Positions 13,901 to 25,355 of a stretch of DNA of 64,000 nucleotides are shown here, piece after piece. Location: positions 310,001 through 374,000 of the forward strand of contig JBODTK010000142.1 of NCBI GenBank assembly GCA_050613775.1. The letters run 5' to 3'. The stretch comes from Neocallimastix sp. 'constans'. Lineage: Eukaryota. Each line of letters starts with the position of its first letter. The first letter of the stretch is position 1. The translations under genes and the position numbers were made by a program. The notes under the pieces are model-generated. The model was not told the DNA's origin. It did not search any database and worked only from the letters and a program-made list of their open reading frames with translations.

Positions 13901-16626
13901 ATAATATTATCTTCTGGATTCATATCTTTTCTATTGTTGTCTTTCATAAATGAGAAGTAAGAGTCTTTATAATTGCTTGTTTCGTATTTGTGTTTACTAG
14001 GCTCTTCTTCAACGAATTCTACATCGTTAGTATAATGTATTTTATTATTTTCAATATCCATGATAATATATGAATATTTTTTATCATCAAATCCCAAGAA
14101 TACGCCCTTCTTAGCATTTGGTAAAAATTTTGATTTGTGTTGTGTATCATCCCTGTAATAACACACACAACCAAAGGTTTTTGAATGTTTTAACTCTACC
14201 TTTTTGTTGTAAAATACTTCATTGGGTATTAAAAATTTATTTCCTGAATGGGGAATTAAGTTATATATGTAGCATGCCTGTTTTATGGCGAAATTCCAAA
14301 AGTTTTCTGATAATTCTGCCCAATATAGAAGAGTTTTAGCTGAATTTCTAAGAGTTCTGTTTATTCTTTCAGCTTTTCCATTAACTTCAGGACAACCTGG
14401 AGGAGAATAGGTTTTTTCTATTCCATTTTCTTTACAGTATTTATTAACTGTTTTATTTTTAAATTCCTTTCCTCCATCTGATTTAAATATTTTAATATTA
14501 TATTCTTCAAATTGGTTATTTAAGTACTTGAAGAATTCCACAATTAATTCGGGAGCTTCGGCTTTAGATTTTAAAGTATATATCCATACTTTTCTTGAGA
14601 ATTCATCCATGAATGTAATAAAGTATTTTTTATTATTGATAGATGAATTGTATGGACCTGAAATGTCTGAATGTATTATTTCTAATATTTTCGTAGCTTT
14701 TGGTGTTTTTCCTCCGTGTGATTTCCTTGACATTTTAGCTACTTTACATTCTATGCATTTAGGAGTTTTTATTTGGTGTAAACTTAGATATTTGTTTATG
14801 TTTTCTAGGTAATAATGACCTAGTCTTCTATGCCAAATTTCAAGGCTTTTTTCATCAACTTCGTTTAAAGCCATAATATTTTTATCCTTTTCTTCAAAGT
14901 TTTTATTAATCTTGTAAGTATTTACTAAGAATTGATTATCATTTGTAGAATAATAAGTTCCTATATATACATTATTTGGACCCCATAAGTTAAATCTACC
15001 ACGTGTATAATCATCAGTGTCAATAATGACTCTATATCCTATTTTGGCCAGTTCTATTCCACTAATAAGATTTTTAGTTGCAGATTTTGAATATAATACC
15101 TTGTCTAGTCGTAAATATATTCCATTAATGTAACATTCGTAAGTACCATATCCTTCGAAGCTACACATTGTCCCATTGGCACATCTTAACTTTATTTTGC
15201 AGTGAATAAAATTATTTAGCAAATTAAAATCATTAGTTATATGTTCTCCAGCACCAGTATCATATAACCATTCACTAGTCTTATCATTTTCTTCATAATA
15301 ATTGATGTTGTTTACATATAATTCCTCTTTTTTATTAGGAATTGTTATCTCCTTTGGAATAATAAAACTATCATTCACGTATTCAATTAATCCAGAAAAT
15401 TTAACCTTATTGTCAATGTTTATTTCTTCTTGTTTTTCTATCAGTGCCCTTGCGTCTTCAAAATCAAAATTATCGTCATAACTACTGGCACTGTCTGGAT
15501 CAGAAATTTTACTTATTAAATGTAAAGACTTCTTTGGATGATCATTTAATGTGGTCTTTACTTGAAGCTTTTCTTGCCTCCCTTTATTATGATTTGACTT
15601 CGTCTTCATATTATATATGCAGTTTCTGGTAGAGTGTCCTTTAACTTCACAAATGTGACAATATGATTTATTATTATTGTCTTTGTTACTATTATCTTTA
15701 TTATTATTGTTATATTGGTTACCATTTTGCTTTCCTCTTTTCTTAGAGTTAGAGCTTTTGTTATTATGATTGTTGTGTTCATTTTTCTTTGAGGAATTAC
15801 TAGTTCTTCTTCCTCTACTGATAAAATCTAGATCCATTGGATCATCTTTTTCAATGGTTTTGTTATCTTCCCAATTTTCTAGGTAAGATTTTGCATAAAT
15901 AAAACTTTTGAGATTATTAATATATACATTAGGGTCACTATTCAAATTAATTTGAATGATATTTTTATAATCATCCGGTAGTACGTTATAGAGATATTTT
16001 AATTTTTCCTTATCAGTGATCTCCACATGTTGTTCTTCCATATCATCGAAAGTTTCTTTCATAAGTTCTAGCTTTTCGATGATTTGATTTCTATCTCTGG
16101 CTTTAATACTTCTTAACCTTTTAAGCCAGTATTCCATATCAGCATTTGAATTTCCATATTTTGATTTGAGTCTTTCCATTATACGGAAACCATTATTAAG
16201 TCTGCTGATTTCTCTTAAAACAGAATCATCGACATTCTTACTGATCATGAGTATCATGTCAGCATCGATCCTTTCTGCTTCCTCAACTAATCTGATATGA
16301 TTAAGAGGATTACCAAAAAAGTTAGTTAGCTGAGTATTGATATCAACATTATTGTTTCGATTAACCTCAGCATTATTGTTTCGAATAGGTTCGGCAGGAG
16401 CTTGCGGTAACATTTTGGTAATTAATTTAGTAATTACCTTGTTGATAACATCGTTGACATTGGGGTTGTAATCAAAACCTACATCATTAAGTTTTCCAAC
16501 GACGTCGACTTCCATGAATTCCTTAATACCTTGACGTTTAGCGGCATTGTCAATAAGGAATTTCCACTCATTAAAGTTGGATTTTCCATGAAGGCGTTGG
16601 TCCTTAGCTAAGTTAAAGTCTTGCAT
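10984..16626 (-). CDS. E1 Gag-Pol polyprotein (1880 aa)
   Basis: Zinc knuckle CHICEVKGHSTRNC; protease WLYDTGAGEH; WHRRLGH...CIEC; integrase core (HSD, SDGGKEF, NGKAER); RT (KARLVARGF, LYVDD); RNase H (DSDFAG, EAEY, ADILTK). No stops. Confidence 0.97.
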   Translation of the reverse strand: MQDFNLAKDQRLHGKSNFNEWKFLIDNAAKRQGIKEFMEVDVVGKLNDVGFDYNPNVNDVINKVITKLITKMLPQAPAEPIRNNNAEVNRNNNVDINTQLTNFFGNPLNHIRLVEEAERIDADMILMISKNVDDSVLREISRLNNGFRIMERLKSKYGNSNADMEYWLKRLRSIKARDRNQIIEKLELMKETFDDMEEQHVEITDKEKLKYLYNVLPDDYKNIIQINLNSDPNVYINNLKSFIYAKSYLENWEDNKTIEKDDPMDLDFISRGRRTSNSSKKNEHNNHNNKSSNSKKRGKQNGNQYNNNNKDNSNKDNNNKSYCHICEVKGHSTRNCIYNMKTKSNHNKGRQEKLQVKTTLNDHPKKSLHLISKISDPDSASSYDDNFDFEDARALIEKQEEINIDNKVKFSGLIEYVNDSFIIPKEITIPNKKEELYVNNINYYEENDKTSEWLYDTGAGEHITNDFNLLNNFIHCKIKLRCANGTMCSFEGYGTYECYINGIYLRLDKVLYSKSATKNLISGIELAKIGYRVIIDTDDYTRGRFNLWGPNNVYIGTYYSTNDNQFLVNTYKINKNFEEKDKNIMALNEVDEKSLEIWHRRLGHYYLENINKYLSLHQIKTPKCIECKVAKMSRKSHGGKTPKATKILEIIHSDISGPYNSSINNKKYFITFMDEFSRKVWIYTLKSKAEAPELIVEFFKYLNNQFEEYNIKIFKSDGGKEFKNKTVNKYCKENGIEKTYSPPGCPEVNGKAERINRTLRNSAKTLLYWAELSENFWNFAIKQACYIYNLIPHSGNKFLIPNEVFYNKKVELKHSKTFGCVCYYRDDTQHKSKFLPNAKKGVFLGFDDKKYSYIIMDIENNKIHYTNDVEFVEEEPSKHKYETSNYKDSYFSFMKDNNRKDMNPEDNIINEDNNINEDNNINEDNNMNNENNFNGRNILNEENILNENINNERTTNTEHKSNYIKNKHVNNISLNEENQEFDNKDINQKNNHNLNKDVEINSKINPEIKNKNNCEFKLKFNFNNVDKNNSENNYLNEINRNLEIINKNYNKKFRNNTKNTNFNSNIIEKYKPEDPAYAASTSSRNKGKEKITEFENFDKNKIFLNNEKSSQNLQNFTINNNNMKKNFNNKNFSKNDEKIQENLLAEAKSHSYHIKKFSNNSIISNNTNESHITYDNNNDSHKSINNSNKSMNIKNFPKNDQNFINKNFLSKNNKLIQQNSKSCDSMKKNYNFSTPTIDINNIPSDNKNTVMENLKNITLPYNFNQNLPLITDSSTNQISQKTDEISLTNNNELNNKFNNNNIVNKENYAHKSLIDASSVIDFNKDEIMDDIVANTEYGNIHKRPLSPKYKETAPTNISSRRKLDQINDIIIASIFCHIPNTYEEAINSEDKNNWIEAINDELNNLYSNNIMTFVKNVPKNKNIITTKWVFNTKRDSNNNIYKYKARLVARGFKQKWGIDYELTYSPTLNIDGLKLIFAISAALKWNIFQLDIKAAYLNAPLDKDIYTTIPKGDTRFGRGYWKLNKALYGLKQSGRQWYNTIRKFLIKNEFIQIKSEQCIFKFTKNNITKCIIGLYVDDMVIAGENEYIKQIINKIKSKFKISKCDPIEYILGIEVKKENNSYIISQKNFINNMLYKFNIDNTKKRKTPCTGDNKISENNKPFDKTIYKSAIGSLIYLSKCTRPDIAFAVNKASRKCENPTISDWNKIINILKYINSTKEFKIEYNGKGELVAYTDSDFAGCLEDRKSTSGGIILMGTSPICWLSKKQTSVATSTAEAEYISTSENIKKILWIRNIIKEILNKWITVKIYTDNQASKKIMENGEINTKLKHISVRYHFNRDNIAKKKVKLEYIDTENMLADILTKDSNGPKIQKFTNNIFI

Positions 16627-16687
16627 GATTTCGGAGCGGTGAAGCGTATTAATTAAGTACTTTTAATAATAAATGATATGAGTCAAC

Positions 16688-16701
16688 TGAGACTCTTAAT
16701 C
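16688..16701 (-). promoter_or_regulatory. E1 primer-binding site, complementary to the tRNA-Lys(CUU) anticodon arm
   Basis: GATTAAGAGTCTCA directly after the 5' LTR; its complement TGAGACTCTTAATC matches the eukaryotic tRNA-Lys(CUU) anticodon stem-loop as I recall it. Confidence 0.85.
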
Positions 16702-17021
16702 TGTTAGCTTTATTAAATTTAGATCTATAATAATATTCCTTATGGAATATGGTATACAAGGGAAATAAGTGTATGATCTATCTTTCGGCTTTAAATAAGT
16801 AATAAAGTCACATGTTACAACATGCGTTTTCCATAACATAAAATAAATTAAAAATTAATTAAATAAATATTAAAAGATAATTAACATAGATTTATACAAG
16901 ACGATAGATCATAATACATTTAAGTAATCATTAAATATAAATAAATAAATACACATAAATATAAATAAATACTATAAATAAATAAATTAAATATATAGTT
17001 AAATTATGAGTGCAGTCAACA
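16702..17021 (-). repeat. E1 5' LTR (320 bp)
   Basis: Direct repeat of 10644-10963. Confidence 0.95.
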
Positions 17022-17165
<144 letters not shown>

Positions 17166-17432
17166 TGTTAAATATCACAGTTATGTGTTTAATTACATTG
17201 TACATTATACTACATTATCAAGTGTAAAATATTTTTTTATTCGATAATATAATGCAGTGTAACGTTAAATGTTACCAATAATGTTAGACTAGAAAATAAA
17301 TAAAAATAACATGTAATAACATATTCTTAAATGAATGAGGTCTTTCTAAATGTAAAAGCAATAAATAAATAAATAAATAAACACATAATAAAATATAAAT
17401 ATCATTTCTGAATTTAAGTGTTATATTTAACA

Positions 17433-17448
17433 GATTAAGAGTCTCATG
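17433..17448 (+). promoter_or_regulatory. E2 primer-binding site (tRNA-Lys(CUU) anticodon arm)
   Basis: GATTAAGAGTCTCATG immediately after the LTR CA. Confidence 0.85.
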
Positions 17449-17552
17449 ACTCAATAATTCATTAACAATTGCTGATATCAAAATCTAATATATTATATTA
17501 ATTAAACATTCATTAAATATTAAAATAAAGAAATATTGGCAGCCACATTAAA

Positions 17553-20500
17553 ATGACTAAATCAGATAATCCAACAGTTATGGGGAGTTCTTCAAAAACT
17601 TCTTCAAAGACAACAAAGACTACAAATACATCGAGTACAACAATGAATGATACTCTTGTCGAAGTAGAACCTCCAAATATTCAAACCAACACAATTAATA
17701 AATTTCACATTCAAAACTTTAGAATTACAAATGAAAACTTTCACAAATGGCATTCAGACTTAAAATTATTCCTTGATTCTGAAGAATTGGGTGATTATAT
17801 ATCAAAGAATATCAAAGATATAAACACAAATAAAAAACATTTAAAATATGACAGTACAGTCAGAATTATAATATTAAACAGCCTCGACGAATATACAAAA
17901 AGCTTATTAAATAATTGTACAAGTGCCTACTTAATGATAAAGGAATTAAAGGAAAGATTTTCAGAAACAGGCCCTTCAAGATTATTTGAAATTGAAATGA
18001 AGATAAAAAAGCTAGAAATCGAAAACGATGACTTCAAACTGTATTTAGATAATCTTAACTCATTATTTACAGAATACAATAACGAGGCAAAATCTCAAAA
18101 TAAGCCAGAACCAAGTGAAGAAACAAAAGTCTTGTATTCTTTAGAGGAACTAAATAAAGTCGGCATCGCATATTCATTCACATTTCTATATGTTTAAAAG
18201 ACATTTAAGGATTTAAAAGAGGACATAACAAAACTAAGTACCATAATTAAGAAAAGTAAAAGTATTAAACGAGTAGAAATCAAGAAACATATCAACACGA
18301 AGATCAAATTAATAGAGTCCGAAATGGGAAACTCCCATATAATTTTAATAAAGAAGCAAATTCCAACGAATACTGTCAATATTGCCATAAAAATGGGCAC
18401 ACTACTGATAACTGTTTCTTCAATCCATCGAATTCACCAAATAATAACTATAGAGGAGAAAAGAAAAATATTAATAATAAGTCAAGAAACAAAATTAAAA
18501 TTAAAAGAACATCTTTAAACAGGAAAGGTAGTAAAAGAAACTTCAAATCTTATAACGTTAATTATGAAGAACAAAACAATTCGAATTCAGATTCAGATCC
18601 TTCATTCGACTTCTGCTTCAATATAAAAACTAATTGTGTAAAAGATAATTTTAATAACAGTTCAATAACTTCCAGGAACATAAGGGTAAATAAAGTAACT
18701 ACCGAAATCTTAAAAGAAGAAAATAATATTATGGAAGATAACAATATAGAATCATGGATCATCGATAGTGGAACAGGGATTAATTTATCTAAGAATATAA
18801 AAATACTATCAAACATTGAAGAAGTTGCTAATAGAGGAATTACATACCCAAACGGACAATCCGATAGAATATACAAAAAGGGTATGTACAAAGGGATGTA
18901 TAAAAATAATAATTTTTCTATTGGAGAAGTATTTTATGCTCCAAACATACAAAATAATTTAATTTCCACTCATTACCTATGTAAAAAAGGCTTCAAATTA
19001 GTAATAGATATGCATAACAATAAAGAAAGACTCCAAATATTTAAAAATAATAAACTAATTACTACCGTTTATACAAATGATGAAAACCTCTTTACTTTAA
19101 ATACAAGCTCAATGAAAAATAAAGATTATAATATTATAACAGAATCAATAATTACAATTATTTTATTATTTTAATATTTAGTATTATTTTTCAATAAAGT
19201 TTTAAAACAAATAATTAAATTTAAAAAATATATTATTTCTGGTATAGTTGTTAGTAACTAATACCATGAATCAAACTACTTAGGGTTCGATTCACATTTA
19301 TTATTATTTTATAGTTTTATTCTAAAAAATATCTAGAAGATTCTTTATAGTTCAAGAAATTACTAGAATTTCTTGATAATTCTTGTGTTTAATTAATTAA
19401 AATTTATTCTATTAAATTCTTAATTCTATTGTTTTCTATTTTTTCTAAATTTTTCGATTTTTAAGAACTTTTTAGAAACTTTTATTTTTATTTTTTAATA
19501 ACTTTAACTTTTGAAAAAAATATAAATATGAGTAAAATTCTTATTAACAAATATTCTTTTCTTGGTGTTTTTTATTTTAATTTTTTAGTTAATAAAACTT
19601 AATTTTTTAATAAAACTTTTTTTAATATTAATACTATATCAACCCTTGCGGCTTATAGTATTATAATAAATATAATTAATAAAATAATTATAATAAAAGA
19701 AAAAAAATAAATAAAAAATAAAATAATTTTTGTTTTTTTTTGAGTGTTATTATATTTATTATAATATTTTGTTATAAATATAAACAATGTCGATTTAAAA
19801 TTATGGCATGCTAGATTAGGCCACTATTACAATCAAAATCTTCAAAAATTTCTAGAAAACAACAACATTAAGGAAGAAAAGAATGATAATATAAATTGTG
19901 AAGATTGCAAAATAAGTAAACTCAAGAAAAAACCATTCAACAAAACAATCAACAAAAGTTCCTCACCATTACAAGTCGTTCATTCTGATATCGTCGGACC
20001 ACTAAAGCCTTCACCATCATTAAGTGGATACAAATATTATATAACATTCATAGATGATTTCAGTAGAAAATGTTGGGTCTACTTACTGAAACACAAATCT
20101 GAAGCAGTACAAAAATTTATTGAGTTTCATAAACTTATGAAAAATACTTGTAATTACAATATAAAAGAAGTAAGATCTGATAACGGTTTAGAATATAACA
20201 ATTCTAATTTTATAAATTATCTTAAAAATAATGGAATTATATTCAATCATTCAACACCAGGTAATCCCCAACAAAATGGTCGCGCTGAAAGAATTAATCA
20301 AACATTAGATAACTGCGCGAAAACACTACTTAGTGCAGCTAAATTATCACCTATTTTATGGGATGAAGCTATTAAATGTGCATGTATATTGTATAATTTA
20401 AATCCGCATCAAGGAATTAATTTTAAAATCCCGAACGAGGTATTTTTTAATAAGAAAATTGATATATCTAAACTTAAAGTGTTTGGATGTAAAGTATTTT

Positions 20501-23321
20501 TCCTTAATAGATACAAACAAGGAAAATTTGAAAATAATACAAAACCAGGTATTTTCTTAGGATACTCATCAGATTCCCCAGGTTATCGTGTCCTCGACAC
20601 TACTTCAAAAACAATAATTATAGTTCGTGACGCATACTTCAATGAAAGTACTCTAGGTTCACTTGGCACATCATTTTTTCATTCCTCAAATCCTTCAGAT
20701 AAACAAATTGAGGGGGAACAGGACTCACAACATGATTCACAACATCAATTTAGTCAATCTATTTATCATAATGAATTTGAAAGGAATGAAAACAAACCGA
20801 ATAAAATTAATATTGAAGATAATATTGATTTAATGGATGAATACAATAATGAAAACATGTCAGACAATAATTCAGAAAACGAAATAATTAATGAAGACAT
20901 AATTAATGAAGACATAATTAATGAAAATAAAATTAATGAAGACATAATCAATGAAAATAAAATTAATGAAGACAAAATTAATGATGATAAAATCAATGAA
21001 GATAAAATTAACGAAAATCAAAAATTAGCTGAAAAACAAGAAGAAATACTCAAAAATTCAAATATTGAAGATAATATAAAAGTTTCATCAAACGAAAACC
21101 ATGCCAAAATCCTACATGATAATAGTAAAAGTAATGAAAATAACACTATTATTAATAGAAATAACGATAATAACATAAAGGGTATAAAAATCACAAAAAA
21201 TGATTTTTTGAACAAAAATGTGAAAAAAAGTTTTATTTTATTAATAAAAATTTGAATAAAAATTTCAAAAATTTCAAATTTAAGAATAAATTAAAAATTT
21301 CAAACCTTAATAATTATAAAAATTTATCTAAATCAAACCTTAATAATTATGAAATTTTAGACCAGAAACTTATTGAGAATAGAATTGAAAGCAATCATAA
21401 AAATCTGGCTAATATGAAGATGAATGAAAAATCAAATTTGGAAAATAATAAAATATATGATAATAATAAAATGAATGACTATAATTCAGAGAATGAATCT
21501 GAGGACAGTTTTAGTGATCTGGAACCTTTAGATAAAAGAAAACTAAGAAAGAACAAAGAAAAGAACTTTAAATTTAATATTAAAAGAAATAATAAAATTT
21601 TCGATAAACTAGTAAACAAAAATGATAAAATTGATAACGAGAAAACAAAAAACTATCGAAAAAGAAAAAGAAAAAATTATCAATTGAATGAAGAAAGAAA
21701 AATAAAAGATAGAGTATCTACATCAAATAAACCATTTTTTGAAAGGAAAACAGACTCAGATGAAAACGAAAGACGCAAGAGAAATAGAGTCAATAACATT
21801 AATACATTAATTCCCAAGAATTATGAAGAAGCTATGAATTCAGAAAATGCGGACAAATGGAAAGACGCAATTAACAAAGAATTACAAAATTTATATGGAA
21901 ATAATGTAATGAAAATTGTTGAAAATAAAAATATCCCAAAAGGCATTAAGCCACTCGACGTTAAATGGGTTTTTACCATAAAAGATAATGGTATATATAA
22001 ATCTAGATTGGTCGTCAAAGGTTTTCGACAAATTAAAGGAGTTGATTATAACTGCACCTATTCTCCTACAATAGAAATGGATAGTTTTAGATTAACTATT
22101 GCTATTGCATCTATATATAAATGGGATTTAAGACAAATCGATATTAAAGCTGCATATTTGAACGCTAAATTAGATGAGAAAATTTATGTACAAATTCCAA
22201 TCGGTGATAAAAATTTCAATTGCGGAAAATCAGGATTATTACGAAAGGCTCTCTATGGACTCAAACAAGCTGGAAGACAATGGTTTTACGAAATCTCCGG
22301 TTTTCTTAAGAAAATTGGGTTAATTCAATATAATACAGATAGTTGTTTATTTGGTAAATATAAAAATAATAAATTATGCTTATTACTAACACTCTATGTT
22401 GATGATATACTAATTGCAGGAGAGAATAAAGAAATTACCAAAGTTGTTTCAAAGATAAAACGTAAATACAAAGTCTCCACAGATAAATCAGCAAACAAAA
22501 TTATTGGAATCAATATAGTTAAAACAAATAAAGGCTACAAAATTAATCAAAAAGATTATATTGAAAAAATGTTAACTAACTACAACATAAACAATACTAA
22601 AATAACTAGAATACCATGTATTAATGCAAAATTAGAAGATAGAGAAAACTCTGAGAAAATTAACAAAACTGATTATAAAAGATTGATTGGATCTCTATTA
22701 TATGTATCAACAAAAACAAGACCTGACATAGCATTTGCAGTAAATCAAGCTGCAAGATTTTCTGAGAATCCAACAAAAGCTGATTTGAATGCAGGTATAC
22801 AAATACTAAAATATCTTAAAAGTACCAAGGACTATTCAATTCATTATAACGGAAAGAAAATTTTAAGAGCTTATTGTGATGCAGATTTCGCTGGTGATGA
22901 GGTTAAAAGAAGATCCACTTCAGGATATATTTTTGTATTAGGAAATAGCCCAATATCATGGAAATCAATTACACAGAAAAATATAGCCTTATCAACTACA
23001 GAAGCCGAATACTCAAGCTTAATAGAATGTACCAAACAAGCTATATGGATAAGAAGATTAGTTAATGAAATATTTAACAAAAACATTAGAATTAATATTA
23101 GAATAGATAATAAACCATGTAAGGATATAGCTGAAAATGAAAACCAAAAGGGACGATGCAAATATATGGATATAAAATACAAATATGTTCAAGATGAAAT
23201 TATGAAAAATGAAATTAAATTAACACTCATTGGTTCTAACTCAATGATGGCAGATCCATTAACCAAAAGTATTTCTGGACCCAAGCTTAAATATTTCTCA
23301 GACTTCATCATGGAAATGTAG
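17553..23321 (+). pseudogene. E2 gag-pol, disrupted
   Basis: Premature TAA at 18195 (GAA in the E4 paralogue); frameshift near 18268; zinc knuckle CQYCHKNGHTTDNC at 18374-18415; protease WIIDSG; 642-bp insertion at 19135; LWHARLGH and integrase 19800-20650; frameshift between ~21203 and 21252; RT/RNase H 21810-23321 (LYVDD, ADPLTK). Confidence 0.92.
19135..19776. mobile_element. 642-bp non-coding nested insertion (solo-LTR-like or MITE-like)
   Basis: AATAT duplicated at 19130-19134 and 19777-19781; inverted termini TATAACAGAAT...ATTTTGTTATA; removal restores the pol frame (DYNINNVDLKLWHARLGH). Confidence 0.88.
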
Positions 23322-23615
23322 AAAATGCCAATGTAGGGGGAATGTTAAATATCACAGTTATGTGTTTAATTACATTGTACATTATACTACATTATTAAGT
23401 GTAAAATATTTTTTTATTCGATAATATAATGCAGTGTAACGTTAAATGTTACCAATAATGTTAGACTAGAAAATAAATATAAATAACATGTAATAACATA
23501 TTCTTAAATGAATGAGGTCTTTCTAAATGTAAAAGCAATAAATAAATAAATAAATAAATAAATAAACACATAATAAAATATAAATATCATTTCTGAATTT
23601 AAGTGTTATATTTAA

Positions 23616-23837
<222 letters not shown>

Positions 23838-24726
23838 TGTTAACACACTTAAATTTATGATTAATAAATTTTAATGTTGTTTATTTATTTTTATTTATTA
23901 GGAATTAAACCTCTATTCTTATGTAAATATTACACTGAGCATTTTATGTATTTAACAATTCATCATTTGTGTCACATTAGATTCATGTATATCACGTGCA
24001 TCAATAATTATTATATACATAATTTTAGGACAGTTATCACTCCCCCTCAATCTTGATTTATTAAAATAAATAAAGATTGGATATTAATAAAATAATTTAT
24101 GTATATTATTATTGGATTAAAATGTGATCTAAATAAATATATTAAATATTCATTATTATTATTTATCATTAATGTGCACAAATGGGTTTGTCAATATTAA
24201 TAGTGATGATAGGATTTAAATTGTATTAAACAATTATATTTTATCTTAAAAAGAAATCATCTATCACAATATTAATGTTAGAATGAAATATTATTTATTT
24301 ACTTTTCTTTCATCTTATTAATTTAAATGAATTTCAAAATTAATAAGGATTTTTATAAATTAAAATATTGTTTAATATTAATAAGGATTTTTTAATAAAT
24401 TTATCATCTTATTATTTTAATAATAAGGATTTTTGTAAATTAATCATCTTATTACTTTTATTAATAAGGATTATTAAAATAAAAATTTAATTGACTTCTT
24501 ATTAAATAATGTAATAAGGTTAATTCTTATATTGATATTTCACTAATAAGGATAAATTATTTTATTATTTTTCTTCTTATTAATGTTACATTAATAAGGA
24601 TGATTTATTAAACATTTTAGATTCATCTTATTAGTTACTTTTTTTTTTATTCTTCTTATTAATATAATTTAATTATAAGTAAATAAATAAATATTATTCA
24701 TTCTTAAATATTACAATACATTCTCA

Positions 24727-24783
<57 letters not shown>

Positions 24784-24838
24784 TTTATTTTATTTTATTT
24801 TTTTTTTTTTTGTTTTGTTTTTTTTGTTTTGTTTTTGT

Positions 24839-24872
<34 letters not shown>

Positions 24873-25315
24873 TTTTTGTTTTTTGTTTTTTGTTTTTTCG
24901 TTTTGTTTTTTGTTTTTTGTTTATTTTCATTTTCATTTTCACTTTCACTTTCACTGGAGGATTCTTCATTTGAGTAATGTTTTCTTTTCTTATTATATCT
25001 GCACTCTTTAGTAGTATGTCCTTTTTTTTTTTTTTTTTTTTTTTTCAGATATAACAATATTTATTATTGTGAGTCTTATGTTTATATTTAAAATTATTTT
25101 TATTTTTAATTTTTCTATTTGTATATTTAGAAATTAAATTTATTGAAGTTTCGTCTTCATTATCTTGTGTTCTATCATGGATAAAATACTGGTCTAAGTT
25201 TTCTTCAATTAATTTTGAATCTCCTGCATATAGTTTAAAAATTACTATATTGTTTATTTTATCAATTTACAATTTTAATTATAAAATGTAATTAGTTAGT
25301 CCTTCTTTTACTTTT

Positions 25316-25355
<40 letters not shown>

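Larger units (their letters stand above)
10644..17021 (-). mobile_element. E1: full-length, apparently intact Ty1/copia LTR retrotransposon
   Basis: Two 320-bp TG...CA LTRs (10644-10963, 16702-17021), identical by eye. PBS at 16688-16701; PPT GAGGGGGAG (minus strand) at 10964-10972; single gag-pol ORF in copia order PR-IN-RT-RH. Confidence 0.97.

Noticed and set aside
11222..15632. Antisense ORFs inside E1 (similarly in E2 and E5)
   Set aside because: Short shadows of gag-pol with no recognisable motifs.
19233..19300. Functional tRNA gene
   Set aside because: A/B boxes are present but acceptor and anticodon stems do not form.
19135..19776. RIP-like C-to-T hypermutation as the cause of the TA...TA termini
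   Set aside because: Neighbouring repeats E1 and E5 keep intact ORFs, and E4's changes are not obviously CpA-focused.
18195..21255. Programmed readthrough or frameshifts in E2
   Set aside because: E4 has GAA at the TAA position. The shifts fall before the zinc knuckle and inside the IN-RT linker, at short A/T runs, which fits decay or sequencing error.
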